Positions 39,542-49,843 are shown, counted from the first letter of the stretch. The stretch is 64,000 nucleotides of DNA from Longimicrobiales bacterium (GCA_965202805.1 OZ241869.1:1568001-1632000), one strand, 5' to 3'. Translations and numbers: made by a program. The notes: generated from the sequence alone by a model not told the origin.

Positions 39542-42484
39542 TCAGGGCACCTGGTTCTCCGGATACAGGACGACCTTCACGAACCGGTCGTCACGCAGGT
39601 ACCGGAGCGCGGCCTCCTGCACCTGGTCCGCCGTCCATCCCTCGATGAACTCGTACGAGGTCACGTAGCCGTAGTCCACGCCAAGCTGGTCCAGGCGCTG
39701 AAGACGGCCCAGCCAGTAGCGGTTCTGCTCCAGCTGGGTCTCCTTGTTGCGCCGCTGGGTCTCGCGCACCTTCTCCACGGTCTCGGCGTCGGGGCCCTCC
39801 AGTTGCAGCCTGTCGATCTCGTCGAACACCACGGCCGCCAGCTCCGCGGCCCGTTCCGGCGCCGACCCGAAGCTGATGCGGACGGAGTACTCCTGGTCCG
39901 GGCGATTGGAGAGGAAACCGCTTACGCCCACGCCGTAGGTCCCGCCCAGATCCTCGCGCAGCAACTCGCGAAGGCGGATGTCCAGCACGTCGGCGAGCGC
40001 GGAGATCGCCATCTCCTCCTCCCGCGAAAACTCCGCATCTCCCGCAAAGACGATCCGCGTCTGGCTCTGGGGTTCGAGCCCCTTGCGCACCTCTCTTTCG
40101 ATCACGCCCTCGGGAGGATCGATTCCGACGTCCCGCCAGGTCTCCACGCGCCCCAGGCTCGGGAGTCCTCCGAGCCAGGTTTCCACCAGCGGCCGGATCT
40201 CCTCCGGCGCGAACGCGCCCACGAAGTAGAAGACGAAGTCGCTCGCGTCGGCGAACCGATCCTGGTAGAGGGCGAAGGAAGCGTCCAGATCCAGCTGCTC
40301 GATCATCTCGTCGTCCGGCGGGCGCGCGCGCGGATGCCCCTGCGTCATGATCATGGACACCGTGTCCCCAAGCGCGGCGGCGGGGCTGGCCCCCCGGTTG
40401 GCGAAGATCCCGGAGAGGAGCGTCTTGTAGGCCGCGAACGCGGTTTCGTCCTTTCTCGGGGCCACGAAGCGCTGGTAGATGAGCTGGAAGGCGGTCTCGA
40501 TGTCGCGCGGAGAAGCGCTGCCGCTGATGCTCTCGGTCAACCCTCCCACGCTCGCGGAGACGCGGACGTCCTGGCCCGCCAGCTTCTTCTCGAGCGCAAG
40601 CTTGTCGAATTCCCCGATTCCGCCCTCCACAACGACCGCCGAAGCCATGCGAACCGCCGCGAACTCCTCGTCCGGGACCAGCGAGCTGCCCCCGGGGCTG
40701 GTCGCCGCAAAGAGGATCTCGTCGTCCCGGAAGTCCGTCGGCCTGAGGACCACGCGCACGCCGTTCCCGAGGGTCCACACCGTCACCCCCGCCTCCTCCA
40801 CCACTTCCTCGCCGACCACCGGCGATCCATCGGGAATCGCGGCCACCAGCGGCGCGTCGACCGCGGCGTCCACCCAGGGTTCGATTTCCCTCTCTGCCAC
40901 CGACGCGAACACACCCTGGATGTTCTCCTCCGTGGGCACCTCCAGGTCCGGCTTCTCGGGGGCGTTGGCCATGACCACGCGTCCCCGCTCCTGCAGCCAC
41001 TCCCCGGCCAGGCCGTTGACTTCGTCCAGCGTGATCGCCGGCAGAAGCGCGTTCGCCAGCTCCAGCTCGTCCTCGGGGCTGGTGAAGGCGGTGCCGGTCA
41101 GAAAGGCCTGGACATAGCGGCCCGCCAGGCTGGCGGACTCCTGGTTCTCGCGTTCGGCGAAACGGCGTTCGAAGGCGCGCGTGACCTCGGCCTTCCGGCG
41201 TTCGAACTCCGTCGCGGTGAACCCGTGGCGCCGGACGCGCTCGGCCTCCGTGAGCAGCGCGTCCAGTCCGCGCTCGAGCCCGCCGTCCGGCACCAGCGCG
41301 AGGAGCTGGTACATGTCCAGCGCGCGCACGAAGCTCCCTCCGGCCGGGAAGGCGATGAGGAAGGGCGGGTCGGCCTGCTGCGTCAGCTCCTCGAGGCGCG
41401 CCGCCATCATGCCCTCGTACAGGTCCTCGGTGATGCCGCGGCGGAAGGCGGCCACGGTGCCCCGCGGCGCCACCGGCCTCTTGTACAGCACCGACACCTG
41501 CGACTGCAACGCCTCGACGTCGGTCGCGATGGCCACCCGCGGCGGGTGGTCGAAGGGCACCTCCAGCGTCTCGCGCGGGCGGGGATCGGCAGGGGACACG
41601 AGGCCCTCGAACCGGCTCCGGATCATGCCCTCGATGGCTTCCCCGTCGAAGTCCCCCACGGCGACCACCGCCATGAGATCGGGCCGGTACCAGTCCTCGT
41701 AGAACCGCTGGAGTACCGAGGCGGGAGCCGTTTCCAGCACTTCCGTCTTCCCGATCGGCAGGCGGTCCGCGTAGAGGGAGCCCTCGAACAGGATGGGAAG
41801 CTGGGCGTCGAACATCCGGGCCTGCGCCCCCCGCCCGAGCCGCCACTCCTCGATCACCACTCCGCGCTCGGCGTCCACCTCCTCGGGGTCGAAGACCACG
41901 CCGCGGGACCAGTCCTGGAGGATCTGGAACGCCGTCTCCAGCACTTCCGGATCATCCATGGGGATGCGCAGCATGTAGACGGTCTCGTCGAAGCTGGTGT
42001 AGGCGTTGATGTGGGGACCGAACTGCATCCCGATCGACTCCAGGTAGTCGATCAGTTCCTGCTTCTCGAAGTTCTCGGTGCCGTTGAAGGCCATGTGCTC
42101 GGTGAAGTGGGCCAGACCGAGCTGGTCCTCGTCCTCCAGGATGGAGCCGGCGTTCACCACCAGCCGAAACTCGGCGCGGTTCTCGGGGGTGCCGTTCTCG
42201 CGCACGTAGTAGCGGAGGCCGTTCTCGAGTTCGCCCACCGTGACTGCGGGGTCGGCCGGGAGCGGGCTGTCCGGCGCCGGCGTCTGCGCCGGCAGCGGGG
42301 CCGGAGCGAGCAGCATCCCGGCCGTGACGAGCCCGAAGGCAACGCAGAGGCGGGCGATCCGGCGCGGATGCATCGCCGCCCGAATGCCGGGAGGAGATTG
42401 TCCACGGGCTGCCAGAGCAGCGCGGGCCATGCTCGAGCGCACGGAGGGGGAACGGAGCGGTAAGGTTCTCGCGAGGCTGTTCAT
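39542..42484 (-). CDS. Secreted M16 zinc protease (PqqL-like); start 42484 or 42373
   Basis: GLAHFTEHMAFNGT, NAYTSFDETVY, LREDLGGTY. Confidence 0.95.
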   Translation of the reverse strand: MNSLARTLPLRSPSVRSSMARAALAARGQSPPGIRAAMHPRRIARLCVAFGLVTAGMLLAPAPLPAQTPAPDSPLPADPAVTVGELENGLRYYVRENGTPENRAEFRLVVNAGSILEDEDQLGLAHFTEHMAFNGTENFEKQELIDYLESIGMQFGPHINAYTSFDETVYMLRIPMDDPEVLETAFQILQDWSRGVVFDPEEVDAERGVVIEEWRLGRGAQARMFDAQLPILFEGSLYADRLPIGKTEVLETAPASVLQRFYEDWYRPDLMAVVAVGDFDGEAIEGMIRSRFEGLVSPADPRPRETLEVPFDHPPRVAIATDVEALQSQVSVLYKRPVAPRGTVAAFRRGITEDLYEGMMAARLEELTQQADPPFLIAFPAGGSFVRALDMYQLLALVPDGGLERGLDALLTEAERVRRHGFTATEFERRKAEVTRAFERRFAERENQESASLAGRYVQAFLTGTAFTSPEDELELANALLPAITLDEVNGLAGEWLQERGRVVMANAPEKPDLEVPTEENIQGVFASVAEREIEPWVDAAVDAPLVAAIPDGSPVVGEEVVEEAGVTVWTLGNGVRVVLRPTDFRDDEILFAATSPGGSSLVPDEEFAAVRMASAVVVEGGIGEFDKLALEKKLAGQDVRVSASVGGLTESISGSASPRDIETAFQLIYQRFVAPRKDETAFAAYKTLLSGIFANRGASPAAALGDTVSMIMTQGHPRARPPDDEMIEQLDLDASFALYQDRFADASDFVFYFVGAFAPEEIRPLVETWLGGLPSLGRVETWRDVGIDPPEGVIEREVRKGLEPQSQTRIVFAGDAEFSREEEMAISALADVLDIRLRELLREDLGGTYGVGVSGFLSNRPDQEYSVRISFGSAPERAAELAAVVFDEIDRLQLEGPDAETVEKVRETQRRNKETQLEQNRYWLGRLQRLDQLGVDYGYVTSYEFIEGWTADQVQEAALRYLRDDRFVKVVLYPENQVP
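42343..42411 (-). repeat. Dispersed 69-bp repeat, copy B
   Basis: CAGCCCGTGGACAATCTCCTCCCGGCATTCGGGCGGCGATGCATCCGCGCCGGATCGCCCGCCTCTGCG on the minus strand; matches copy A. Confidence 0.85.
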
Positions 42485-42640
42485 GCTCTTCCTCGTGGGT
42501 TTGCAGGGGAGGTCACCCGGAACGCGGCCGGGGACAGTTCCCGTTTCTACACGGAACGCGCGTGCGACAATAATGATCGCGTGACCCGCATCACCAAGGC
42601 AACGCCGGGAAGCCGGTCGTTTGCGGGCCGACCCTTCGTG

Positions 42641-42651
42641 GCAAGGATCGG
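42641..42651 (+). promoter_or_regulatory. Putative Ada/Cada2-type operator GCAA-N4-CGG
   Basis: GCAAGGATCGG about 30 bp upstream of the RLHD-type Ada gene. Confidence 0.45.
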
Positions 42652-42681
42652 GTCGATTTCCCGGGGCGGAACCATCAGCTT

Positions 42682-43572
42682 ATGGCGAACGCGCGGCCCA
42701 ACGACCCTTACCTGAGGCATCGGCTCAACATGACCGACTACGACCGAATCGAGTCCGCCATCCGCTACCTCGACAGCCATCGCGCGCGCCAGCCGGAGCT
42801 CGCGGAGCTGGCGGCACACGTCGGGCTCAGCCCGGGTCATCTGCATCGGCTGTTCTCCCGGTGGGCCGGGGTCACGCCGAAGCGTTTTCTGGAGTTCCTC
42901 ACCGTCCGGCACGCCAGGAAACTGCTCGACAATTCCGAATCGGTCCTCTCGGCGGCCTACGGAAGCGGGCTCTCCGGCCCGGGGCGGCTGCACGATCACT
43001 TCGTGGCGGTGGAGGCTGCAACGCCGGGGGAGTACCGCAGACGGGGCGCCGGACTGCGCATCGGTTTCGGTACGGGAGATTCCCCGTTCGGGCCCGTCTT
43101 TGTCGCGTGGACGGACCGCGGACTGTGCCGGGTCTCGTTTGCCGGTGCCCGGGATGTCGCCGCGGAGCAGGAAGCACTCCGCCAGACCTGGGGGCGGGCG
43201 GTGCTGGAAGCCGACGAGTCTCGGGCCATGTCGCTCGCGCGGACGATCTTCGCGGCGCCGTTCGATGCGGACTCCGGCCCTCTGACCGTTCATGTGCGCG
43301 GGACGAACTTCCAGCTCGCCGTGTGGCGCGCCCTGCTGCGCATACCCACCGGGGGCGTCACGACGTACGGCCGCCTCGCCGCGGAAGTCTGCAGCGCCCG
43401 GGCGGCGCGCGCGACGGGCAATGCGGTCGGCAGCAACCCCATCTCCTTCCTTATCCCCTGCCATCGGGTGATTCGCGCCACCGGCGAGTCGGGGAACTAT
43501 GGCGGGGGTCCCTCGCGCAAGCGCTGCATGCTCGGGTGGGAAGCCAGCCGCCAGGCGGTGCGCGCGACCTGA
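42682..43572 (+). CDS. Bifunctional AraC-HTH / O6-methylguanine-DNA methyltransferase (Ada-like, Cada2-type; start 42682 or 42730)
   Basis: HLHRLFSRWAGVTPK, GRLHD, GTNFQ, IPCHRV; no N-terminal Cys4 Zn domain. Confidence 0.93.
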   Translation: MANARPNDPYLRHRLNMTDYDRIESAIRYLDSHRARQPELAELAAHVGLSPGHLHRLFSRWAGVTPKRFLEFLTVRHARKLLDNSESVLSAAYGSGLSGPGRLHDHFVAVEAATPGEYRRRGAGLRIGFGTGDSPFGPVFVAWTDRGLCRVSFAGARDVAAEQEALRQTWGRAVLEADESRAMSLARTIFAAPFDADSGPLTVHVRGTNFQLAVWRALLRIPTGGVTTYGRLAAEVCSARAARATGNAVGSNPISFLIPCHRVIRATGESGNYGGGPSRKRCMLGWEASRQAVRAT

Positions 43573-43721
43573 CTCGGCGGGAGAATCCACGTTCTCGTGC
43601 TGGTGCGCCGGGGACCGGAAGCGGCTATGTTCGCCGCCCACTACCATCGACAACCCCATCTTCCCGGGACCTTCGGCACCCGAGCCGGGTGGCCGCCCGG
43701 GGAGCCCGGATCCCGCCCCGC

Positions 43722-44504
43722 ATGAAGATCGCGACCTGGAACGTCAATTCCATCAACGCCCGCCGCGAACGGGTGCTGACCTGGCTGCGCCTGCATCAGC
43801 CCGATGTCCTGTGCCTGCAGGAGCTGAAGGTCACCGGCGACGCCTTTCCCCTGGATGCGATCGAGGAGCTGGGCTACTGCGCCGCCGTGTACGGACAGCG
43901 CACCTATAACGGCGTGGCCATCCTGAGCCGCTCACAGCCGCGCGACATCGAGGTGGGCATGGGGCCCGGCGACCGCGACCCGCAGGCGCGGCTGGTGGCG
44001 GCCACCGTGGACGGCGTCCGCGTGCTCTCGGCCTACGTCCCCAACGGGGCCCGCGTGGGCACCGACAAGTACGGCTACAAGCTGGACTGGCTGCGGCGCC
44101 TGCGGGAGCATCTGGAGCAGACCGCTTCTCCCTCCGAGGCACTGGTGCTGGCCGGCGACTTCAACGTCGCGCCGCGAGACACGGACGTGAACCAGCTGGA
44201 GGACTGGAGGGACAGCGTGCTGTGTCACTACGCGGCGCGGGACGCGCTCGAGCGCATTCGCGACTGGGGGCTCCGCGACGTCTTCGAGCGGCATCACCCC
44301 GAAGGGTCGATCTACACCTGGTGGGCGTATCAGAGGCTTGCCTTCCCGCGCAACAACGGGCTGCGCATCGACCACATCTACGCCACCGAGAGCCTCGCCA
44401 CGCACTCGACCGACGCCTTCGTGGACCGGGAGGCGCGCAAGAAGGGGCCCTTTGTCGAGAAGCCCTCGGACCACGCCCCGGTGGTCGCGGAATTCGAGGT
44501 CTGA
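43722..44504 (+). CDS. xth: Exodeoxyribonuclease III
   Basis: MKIATWNVNSI, CLQELK, GDFN, RIDH, SDHAPV. Confidence 0.96.
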   Translation: MKIATWNVNSINARRERVLTWLRLHQPDVLCLQELKVTGDAFPLDAIEELGYCAAVYGQRTYNGVAILSRSQPRDIEVGMGPGDRDPQARLVAATVDGVRVLSAYVPNGARVGTDKYGYKLDWLRRLREHLEQTASPSEALVLAGDFNVAPRDTDVNQLEDWRDSVLCHYAARDALERIRDWGLRDVFERHHPEGSIYTWWAYQRLAFPRNNGLRIDHIYATESLATHSTDAFVDREARKKGPFVEKPSDHAPVVAEFEV

Positions 44505-44587
44505 ATGGGGGGTTCGCCGCCCGGATGCGGCCGCCCGGGCCGGGGTTCCCGCCCCAAGCCCGTCGGTAGCCGGCTTCGGCCCCGGAA

Positions 44588-46822
44588 TCAGGCGCCTGCC
44601 ACCAGCCTCCAGGTCTGGGCCACCAGGAAGCACACCACGAACCCGATCCCCAGCGGCGCCAGAGCCGAGACCGTGGTCCACTTCACGCTCCCGGTCTCCT
44701 TGTAGATGGTGTACAGGGTGGTGGAGCAGGGATTGTGCAGCAGGCTGAAGAGCATGAGGCACACGCCGGTGAGCAGCGTCCATCCGCCCGCCGACAGCAG
44801 GGTTGCGACGTCCGTCGCCGAACTCAGCTCGAACATGACCCCGGCCCCCTCTCCGGCGCCCGCGATGCCCGCGGTCAGCACGGTGAGCATGAGGATCGTG
44901 GGGATGACGATCTCGTTGGCGGGGATCGCGACCAGGTAGGCCAGCAGGATCACCCCGTTCAGCCCCAGCAGCACGCCCAGGGGATTCGACCAGGTCACGA
45001 AGTTCTCGGCCAGACTCGCGTCGCCCACGACGATGTTGGACGTGAGCCAGATCACCGCGCCGGCGGGCATGGCGAACACGACCGCGCGCCAGAGCACGAT
45101 CAGGGTCCGGTCGATGAGCGAGGTGTAGAGGGTCTGCAGGATGCGCGGCGGCCGGTACGGGGGAAGCTCCAGGCTGAAGGTCGAGGCTTCGCCGCGCAGC
45201 AGGGTCTTCGAGAGCAGCCACGAGGTTGCGAACATGAAGACGATGCCCAGCACGGCCACCCCGACCACGGCGGTCGCCGAGACCAGGCCGGCCAGGTGCG
45301 CGGGCGCGACGGCGCCGATGAAGATGGTCGCGATCAGGATCTGCGTGGGCCAGCGGCCGTTGCAGAGCGAGAAGTTGTTGGTGACGATGGCCAGCAGGCG
45401 TTCGCGCGGACTGTCGATGATGCGCGTCGCCACCACCCCCGCGGCGTTGCAGCCGAACCCCATGCTCATGGTGAGCGCCTGCTTGCCGTGCGCGCCCACC
45501 CTGCGGAAGAGGCCGTCGAGGTTGAAGGCCACGCGCGGCAGGTAGCCGAAGTCCTCCAGCAGGGTGAAGAGCGGGAAGAAGATCGCCATGGGCGGCAGCA
45601 TGACGCTCACCACCCATGCCGTGGCCAGATACACCCCGTCGAAGAGGAACCCCGAGAGCCACCACGGCATGGAGAGCGCGGAGCCGGCCCCGACCAGCCA
45701 GGGGTGGACCTGGTCGACGAGCAGGGTGGCGAGCAGCGAGGACGGGACATTGGCCCCCGCGATGGTGAGCCAGAACACGACCGTGAGGACGAGCAGCATG
45801 ACCGGGAATCCGGTCCAGCGGCTGGTCAGGGCGCGGTCGAGGGTGCGGTCCAGGTCGAAGCCGACGCGGCGCAGCCCCCTGACTTCCGAGGCCCGCGCAA
45901 TGCGTTCCGATTCGCGGTAGAAGCCGGTCACCAGGGCATCGTGGACGTCCGTGGGGAGCTTCCAGCGCAACCGGGAGGCCAGCTCGAGGACCTGTTCGCG
46001 CGCGGGTCCCGTGTTCTCCCGCGCCTGCGGGCGGGCGGGCGCCGCCCCTTCCCGCCCGGCCTCGCCGATGTCCCCGGCACGCACCGCCTCCTGCACGCGT
46101 TCGTCCGCGTTGAGCAGGCGCAGCGCCACCCAGCGTGCGTTGGGGAGTCCGGGGAAGGCCGCCTCGATCGCGGGCGCGAGGGCGGAGACCGCGCGCTCCA
46201 CCTCGGGCGCGTGCGTGGCGGCCCGCAAGGGGGTCGTGGCCGTCGCGCCGGTCGCCATTTCGTGCACCGCGCGCATCAACTCGTCGATGCCCTCGCCCCG
46301 CCGGGCCACCGTGGCGACCACCGGCACCCCCAGTTCGCGCGCAAGCTTCTTCTCGTCGACCGCGATGCCGTGCCGGCGCGCCTCGTCCACCAGATTCAGG
46401 CAGACCACCACCCGGGAGGTGATCTCCAGGATCTGGAGCGCCAGGTTGAGGTTGCGTTCGAGTCGGGTGGCGTCAACCACCACCACGGTCACGTCGGGGC
46501 GCCCGAACAGGAGGAAGTCGCGCGCGACCTCTTCGTCGGTGCTGCCCGCCTGCAGGGAGTAGGTCCCGGGAAGATCGACCACCTTGACCCGGTGCTCGTC
46601 GTGCAGGAAGGCGCCCTCGGAGCGCACGACCGTCTTGCCCGGCCAGTTGCCGGTGTGCTGGCGGAGCCCGGTGAGCGCGTTGAACACCGTGCTCTTTCCC
46701 GTATTGGGGTTGCCCGCCAGGGCCACCAGGTAGTCCCACCGGCCGGGATGGATTCCGAGCTTCACCAGTCGGGGCTCGTGGTCCGCGCCACACCCCCTCC
46801 GCCGGCGCGCGCGCGCGATCAT
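44588..46822 (-). CDS. feoB: Ferrous iron transporter B
   Basis: [37 protein letters not shown]. Confidence 0.96.
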   Translation of the reverse strand: MIARARRRRGCGADHEPRLVKLGIHPGRWDYLVALAGNPNTGKSTVFNALTGLRQHTGNWPGKTVVRSEGAFLHDEHRVKVVDLPGTYSLQAGSTDEEVARDFLLFGRPDVTVVVVDATRLERNLNLALQILEITSRVVVCLNLVDEARRHGIAVDEKKLARELGVPVVATVARRGEGIDELMRAVHEMATGATATTPLRAATHAPEVERAVSALAPAIEAAFPGLPNARWVALRLLNADERVQEAVRAGDIGEAGREGAAPARPQARENTGPAREQVLELASRLRWKLPTDVHDALVTGFYRESERIARASEVRGLRRVGFDLDRTLDRALTSRWTGFPVMLLVLTVVFWLTIAGANVPSSLLATLLVDQVHPWLVGAGSALSMPWWLSGFLFDGVYLATAWVVSVMLPPMAIFFPLFTLLEDFGYLPRVAFNLDGLFRRVGAHGKQALTMSMGFGCNAAGVVATRIIDSPRERLLAIVTNNFSLCNGRWPTQILIATIFIGAVAPAHLAGLVSATAVVGVAVLGIVFMFATSWLLSKTLLRGEASTFSLELPPYRPPRILQTLYTSLIDRTLIVLWRAVVFAMPAGAVIWLTSNIVVGDASLAENFVTWSNPLGVLLGLNGVILLAYLVAIPANEIVIPTILMLTVLTAGIAGAGEGAGVMFELSSATDVATLLSAGGWTLLTGVCLMLFSLLHNPCSTTLYTIYKETGSVKWTTVSALAPLGIGFVVCFLVAQTWRLVAGA

Positions 46823-47994
46823 GGAGATGCCGCTTCGCGGCTGCGGGGCGGCGCGGGGGGGTCGGCCGGCAACCCGGGCGCGGGCCGCGATGTTGGCGGG
46901 GCCGCCACGGCCGCCGTGGATGCGATCGCCGGCGCGGGCGCGATCTCCACCCGGGACGCCTGCCCTGCCGCCTCATCAGCCCCGGGCGCGATCTCCACCC
47001 GGGACGCCTGCTCCTTCCTGAGCGCGATGGTCGCGCCCCGGATCTGGTAGGCGGTGGGGTCGCCGCCCGCCCCGCGCAAGGTCGCGCGCACGGGCGTGCC
47101 GGGAACGACGCCCAGATCCAGCAGACGGCGTCGGGCAGGGCCCTGGCAGGCGGGCGCAATGCGGTCCACGACGCCGGTCTCGCCGAGCGCCAGCCCGGCG
47201 AGCGTCCTGGGCGGTTCGGACGGCACCACCATGTCCTCGGCCGGTTCCACCGTAACGCTCGCCGCCGCAACCGGATCGAGAAGGTGTTCCCTCCCCTGCG
47301 ACAGGAAGCGGACCCCCGTCGGCGAGACGTCCGCGACCCGGATCTCCATGCCCGGAGAGAGTCCCTCCGCCAGCAACTCCAGGTAGATCTCGCGCGGCTC
47401 GTCCTCCAGATGAACGATGCGCCCGCCCGCCCCCGCGCGCAGCTGCGTGAGGGTGACCCCGGTGCGGGGCGGCACCTCGCCCCCGGCAGTCGGAATGGGA
47501 TCGCCGTGGGGGTCGAAGCGGGGATGACCCAGGCGCGCTGCCAGCTCATCCGTTTCCGCCTCCGACATGCGGTGCTCCCGGACCTCCGCCTGCGCGTGCC
47601 AGTCGGCCTCCGCCACACCCGTGCGGTCGGCCAGATAACGCTCCCACAACCGGTGCGTTCGCACGACCCGGAGGGCGTAGGACCTGCCCGGCCCGGTCAG
47701 GGAAACGGCCGCACCCTGCGCCTCGGCCAACCCCAGTTCGCACAGGCGGGTCACCAGGCGCCCGGCGCTTCCCCGGCTCATCCCCAGCCCACCCGCCAGG
47801 CTCTCGAGCGTGGAGGGCAGAGCCAGGTACTCGCAGTTGAAGAGATGCTTCAGCGCATCCTCGATTCGAACCCGCTCCGTCATGCGCGCGGCACCGAGGG
47901 CCCGTGCCAGCAGCCCATTGCCCGGCCACAGCAGTCCAGCGCAAGCGACCGCCGCCAGGGCGAAGACGAGAAGCGCGAATCCGGGATCGATCAT
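46819..47994 (-). CDS. DtxR/MntR-family metal-dependent regulator with an N-terminal TM helix and two FeoA domains
   Basis: [27 protein letters not shown]; Feo[13 protein letters not shown] and [10 protein letters not shown]; hydrophobic N-terminus. Confidence 0.92.
   Translation of the reverse strand: MIDPGFALLVFALAAVACAGLLWPGNGLLARALGAARMTERVRIEDALKHLFNCEYLALPSTLESLAGGLGMSRGSAGRLVTRLCELGLAEAQGAAVSLTGPGRSYALRVVRTHRLWERYLADRTGVAEADWHAQAEVREHRMSEAETDELAARLGHPRFDPHGDPIPTAGGEVPPRTGVTLTQLRAGAGGRIVHLEDEPREIYLELLAEGLSPGMEIRVADVSPTGVRFLSQGREHLLDPVAAASVTVEPAEDMVVPSEPPRTLAGLALGETGVVDRIAPACQGPARRRLLDLGVVPGTPVRATLRGAGGDPTAYQIRGATIALRKEQASRVEIAPGADEAAGQASRVEIAPAPAIASTAAVAAPPTSRPAPGLPADPPAPPRSREAASP
46935..47011. 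repeat. 29-bp direct repeat (period 48 bp) in the 3' end of the DtxR-FeoA gene
   Basis: CGGGCGCGATCTCCACCCGGGACGCCTGC at 46935-46963 and 46983-47011, giving QASRVEIAP twice. Confidence 0.9.
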
Positions 47995-48046
47995 GTCCGG
48001 GAACCCCAGCGACGGAGAGACCGGCGAAACCTCTCGCAGGTCTTTT

Positions 48047-48082
48047 GTAGGCACGCCTAAAGAATAAGTTAGGCTAGCCTAA
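48047..48082. promoter_or_regulatory. Tandem DtxR/IdeR-type operator boxes
   Basis: GTAGGCACGCCTAA (48047-48060) and the perfect palindrome TTAGGCTAGCCTAA (48069-48082), 22 bp apart, upstream of the regulator-feoB operon. Confidence 0.85.
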
Positions 48083-48093
48083 TGATCAAGCGA

Positions 48094-48897
48094 TCAGTGC
48101 CAGAGATGGCGCAGGAAGCGCTCCGGAGCGTTGAGGAAATCGCGCATCAGGTTCACGGCTTCGATCTCCTCGAAACCCGTCTCGCGCACGGGCCGGGCAT
48201 CGAAGTCGTAGATCCGCGCGCCGGGAGCGGCCATCAGGATGGGCGAGTGTGTCGCGATCAGGAACTGGGAATCCTGGTCGACCATGTCGCGCATCATGGC
48301 CATGAAGCCGAGCTGACTCTGAGGAGAGAGCGCGGCCTCGGGTTCGTCCAGGAGATAGAGGCCTCCCGGCACGAAGCGCTCACGAAAGAGCTTCAGAAAG
48401 CCCTCCCCATGGGAGTTCGCGTCCAGGTCGGCCCCATACTTCCGCTCGATGGCCGCGATGGAGCCTGCGGCGGGACCGCGCGCAAGGGTGCGCGCCAGCC
48501 TGGAATGTTCGCGGAATCGCTCATCGACCTCGGCGAGTTCCTGCTGAAACTCGCTCCTCAACCGGGCCATGCGCCGCGCGAAACCAAAGAAGTCCTCGGC
48601 GCGCAGAAAGAAGCCGCGGTGCGTACGCGTCCTCCACGCGAGCCTCAACGTCCTTGCCAGGCGGCGCTGCGGCGCGAGCGTGGGATCCCGGTCCGCGCTC
48701 TTGCTGCCGACGGTGGGAAGCCGGGTTGCCGCGGCCAGCGCCTCGAGCACGGTCGACTTGCCGGAGCCGTTCTCGCCCACCAGCAGCGTCACGGGCTTCC
48801 CGATCTCCATGATCCTGAGCCCCTGCAGGGCCGGGATGTCGAACGGGAATTCATCCGTCCGCCCATCCGTGTCCGGGAAATGAATGCGCTCTAGCAC
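48094..48897 (-). CDS. Stand-alone ABC-type/AAA ATPase
   Basis: GENGSGKST, SHGEGF, LLDEPEAALSP, ATHSPIL; AGGAG RBS. Confidence 0.92.
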   Translation of the reverse strand: MLERIHFPDTDGRTDEFPFDIPALQGLRIMEIGKPVTLLVGENGSGKSTVLEALAAATRLPTVGSKSADRDPTLAPQRRLARTLRLAWRTRTHRGFFLRAEDFFGFARRMARLRSEFQQELAEVDERFREHSRLARTLARGPAAGSIAAIERKYGADLDANSHGEGFLKLFRERFVPGGLYLLDEPEAALSPQSQLGFMAMMRDMVDQDSQFLIATHSPILMAAPGARIYDFDARPVRETGFEEIEAVNLMRDFLNAPERFLRHLWH

Positions 48898-48934
48898 GCC
48901 GCGGTGTCTCCTTCCAACATCCTTGCGCCCGTCC

Positions 48935-49843
48935 TCATGCCTTGTCCGGCGTCCGAATCGCCTCCAGTTCCTCCAGCGTGCGCGGCCAGTCCTCCCGCAG
49001 GAGCCTGGAGAGCGCCCTGTCGGCCAACAGCCTGCCCCTTGTCTGACATTCGGGGCAATAGTTCGTCTCGCGGCTGGCATAAACGATGCGCTGAATGGGC
49101 GCGCCACACTGCGGACACGGCTTCCCGAACTTCCCGTGGGCGGCCATGGCCGGATGGAACGCTGTGACCTTTTTCGGAAACGCCCCGCCCGCTTCGGCCC
49201 GGAGGCGCTCGGTCCATTCCCGCAGGGAGACGCGGGTCGCCTCGTACAGGCGGCGGAGTTCCCCCGTCGACAGCCGGCGCGTGAGACGCACGGGCGAGAG
49301 GCGCGCGACGAGCAGGATTTCGTCGGAGTGCGCGTTGCCGATGCCGCTCAGGATCCTCGGGTCGGTGAGGGCCCGCTTGAGCGTGCGGTTCTCGCGAAGG
49401 AGAGCTGCCTGAAAGCCCGGGAAGTCGACCTCCAGGGGTTCGACGCCCCCGGGGTCGAGCCGGTGCAGAGCGTCGTCCCCGCGCACCACCCACATCGACA
49501 TCCGCTTCTTCGTACTCGCCTCGGTCAGCACCAGCGTTCCGTTGGGAAAGTCCAGGGCCCCCGCGGCGCGCTTCCCGGGCAGGGGCGCCCCGACATCCCG
49601 CCACTGGAAACGCCCCGCGATCATCAGGTGGATCACCGCGTGAAGATCGTCGTCCAGGTGCAGCGCGATCCGCTTGCCGATGCGCCCGATGGCGCGCACT
49701 CGCTTCCCCACGAGCTCGGAGACGGGGGGATCGTAGGTCTTGAGCAGCGATGGCGAGCGGAGCCGGACGCGCTCGATCGGCTGCCCGGTGATGCGGGCTT
49801 CGAGCGCGTGCACGTACAGGCATACCTCCGGAAGTTCGGGCAT
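48935..49843 (-). CDS. Fpg/Nei family DNA glycosylase
   Basis: MPELPEV N-terminus, HLMIAG, GIGNAHSDEIL, CPQC...CPEC zinc finger. Confidence 0.94.
   Translation of the reverse strand: MPELPEVCLYVHALEARITGQPIERVRLRSPSLLKTYDPPVSELVGKRVRAIGRIGKRIALHLDDDLHAVIHLMIAGRFQWRDVGAPLPGKRAAGALDFPNGTLVLTEASTKKRMSMWVVRGDDALHRLDPGGVEPLEVDFPGFQAALLRENRTLKRALTDPRILSGIGNAHSDEILLVARLSPVRLTRRLSTGELRRLYEATRVSLREWTERLRAEAGGAFPKKVTAFHPAMAAHGKFGKPCPQCGAPIQRIVYASRETNYCPECQTRGRLLADRALSRLLREDWPRTLEELEAIRTPDKA

Noticed and set aside
48094..48897. AAA ATPase as an anti-phage system component
   Set aside because: No adjacent nuclease, TOPRIM or toxin partner; it looks like a common stand-alone family.
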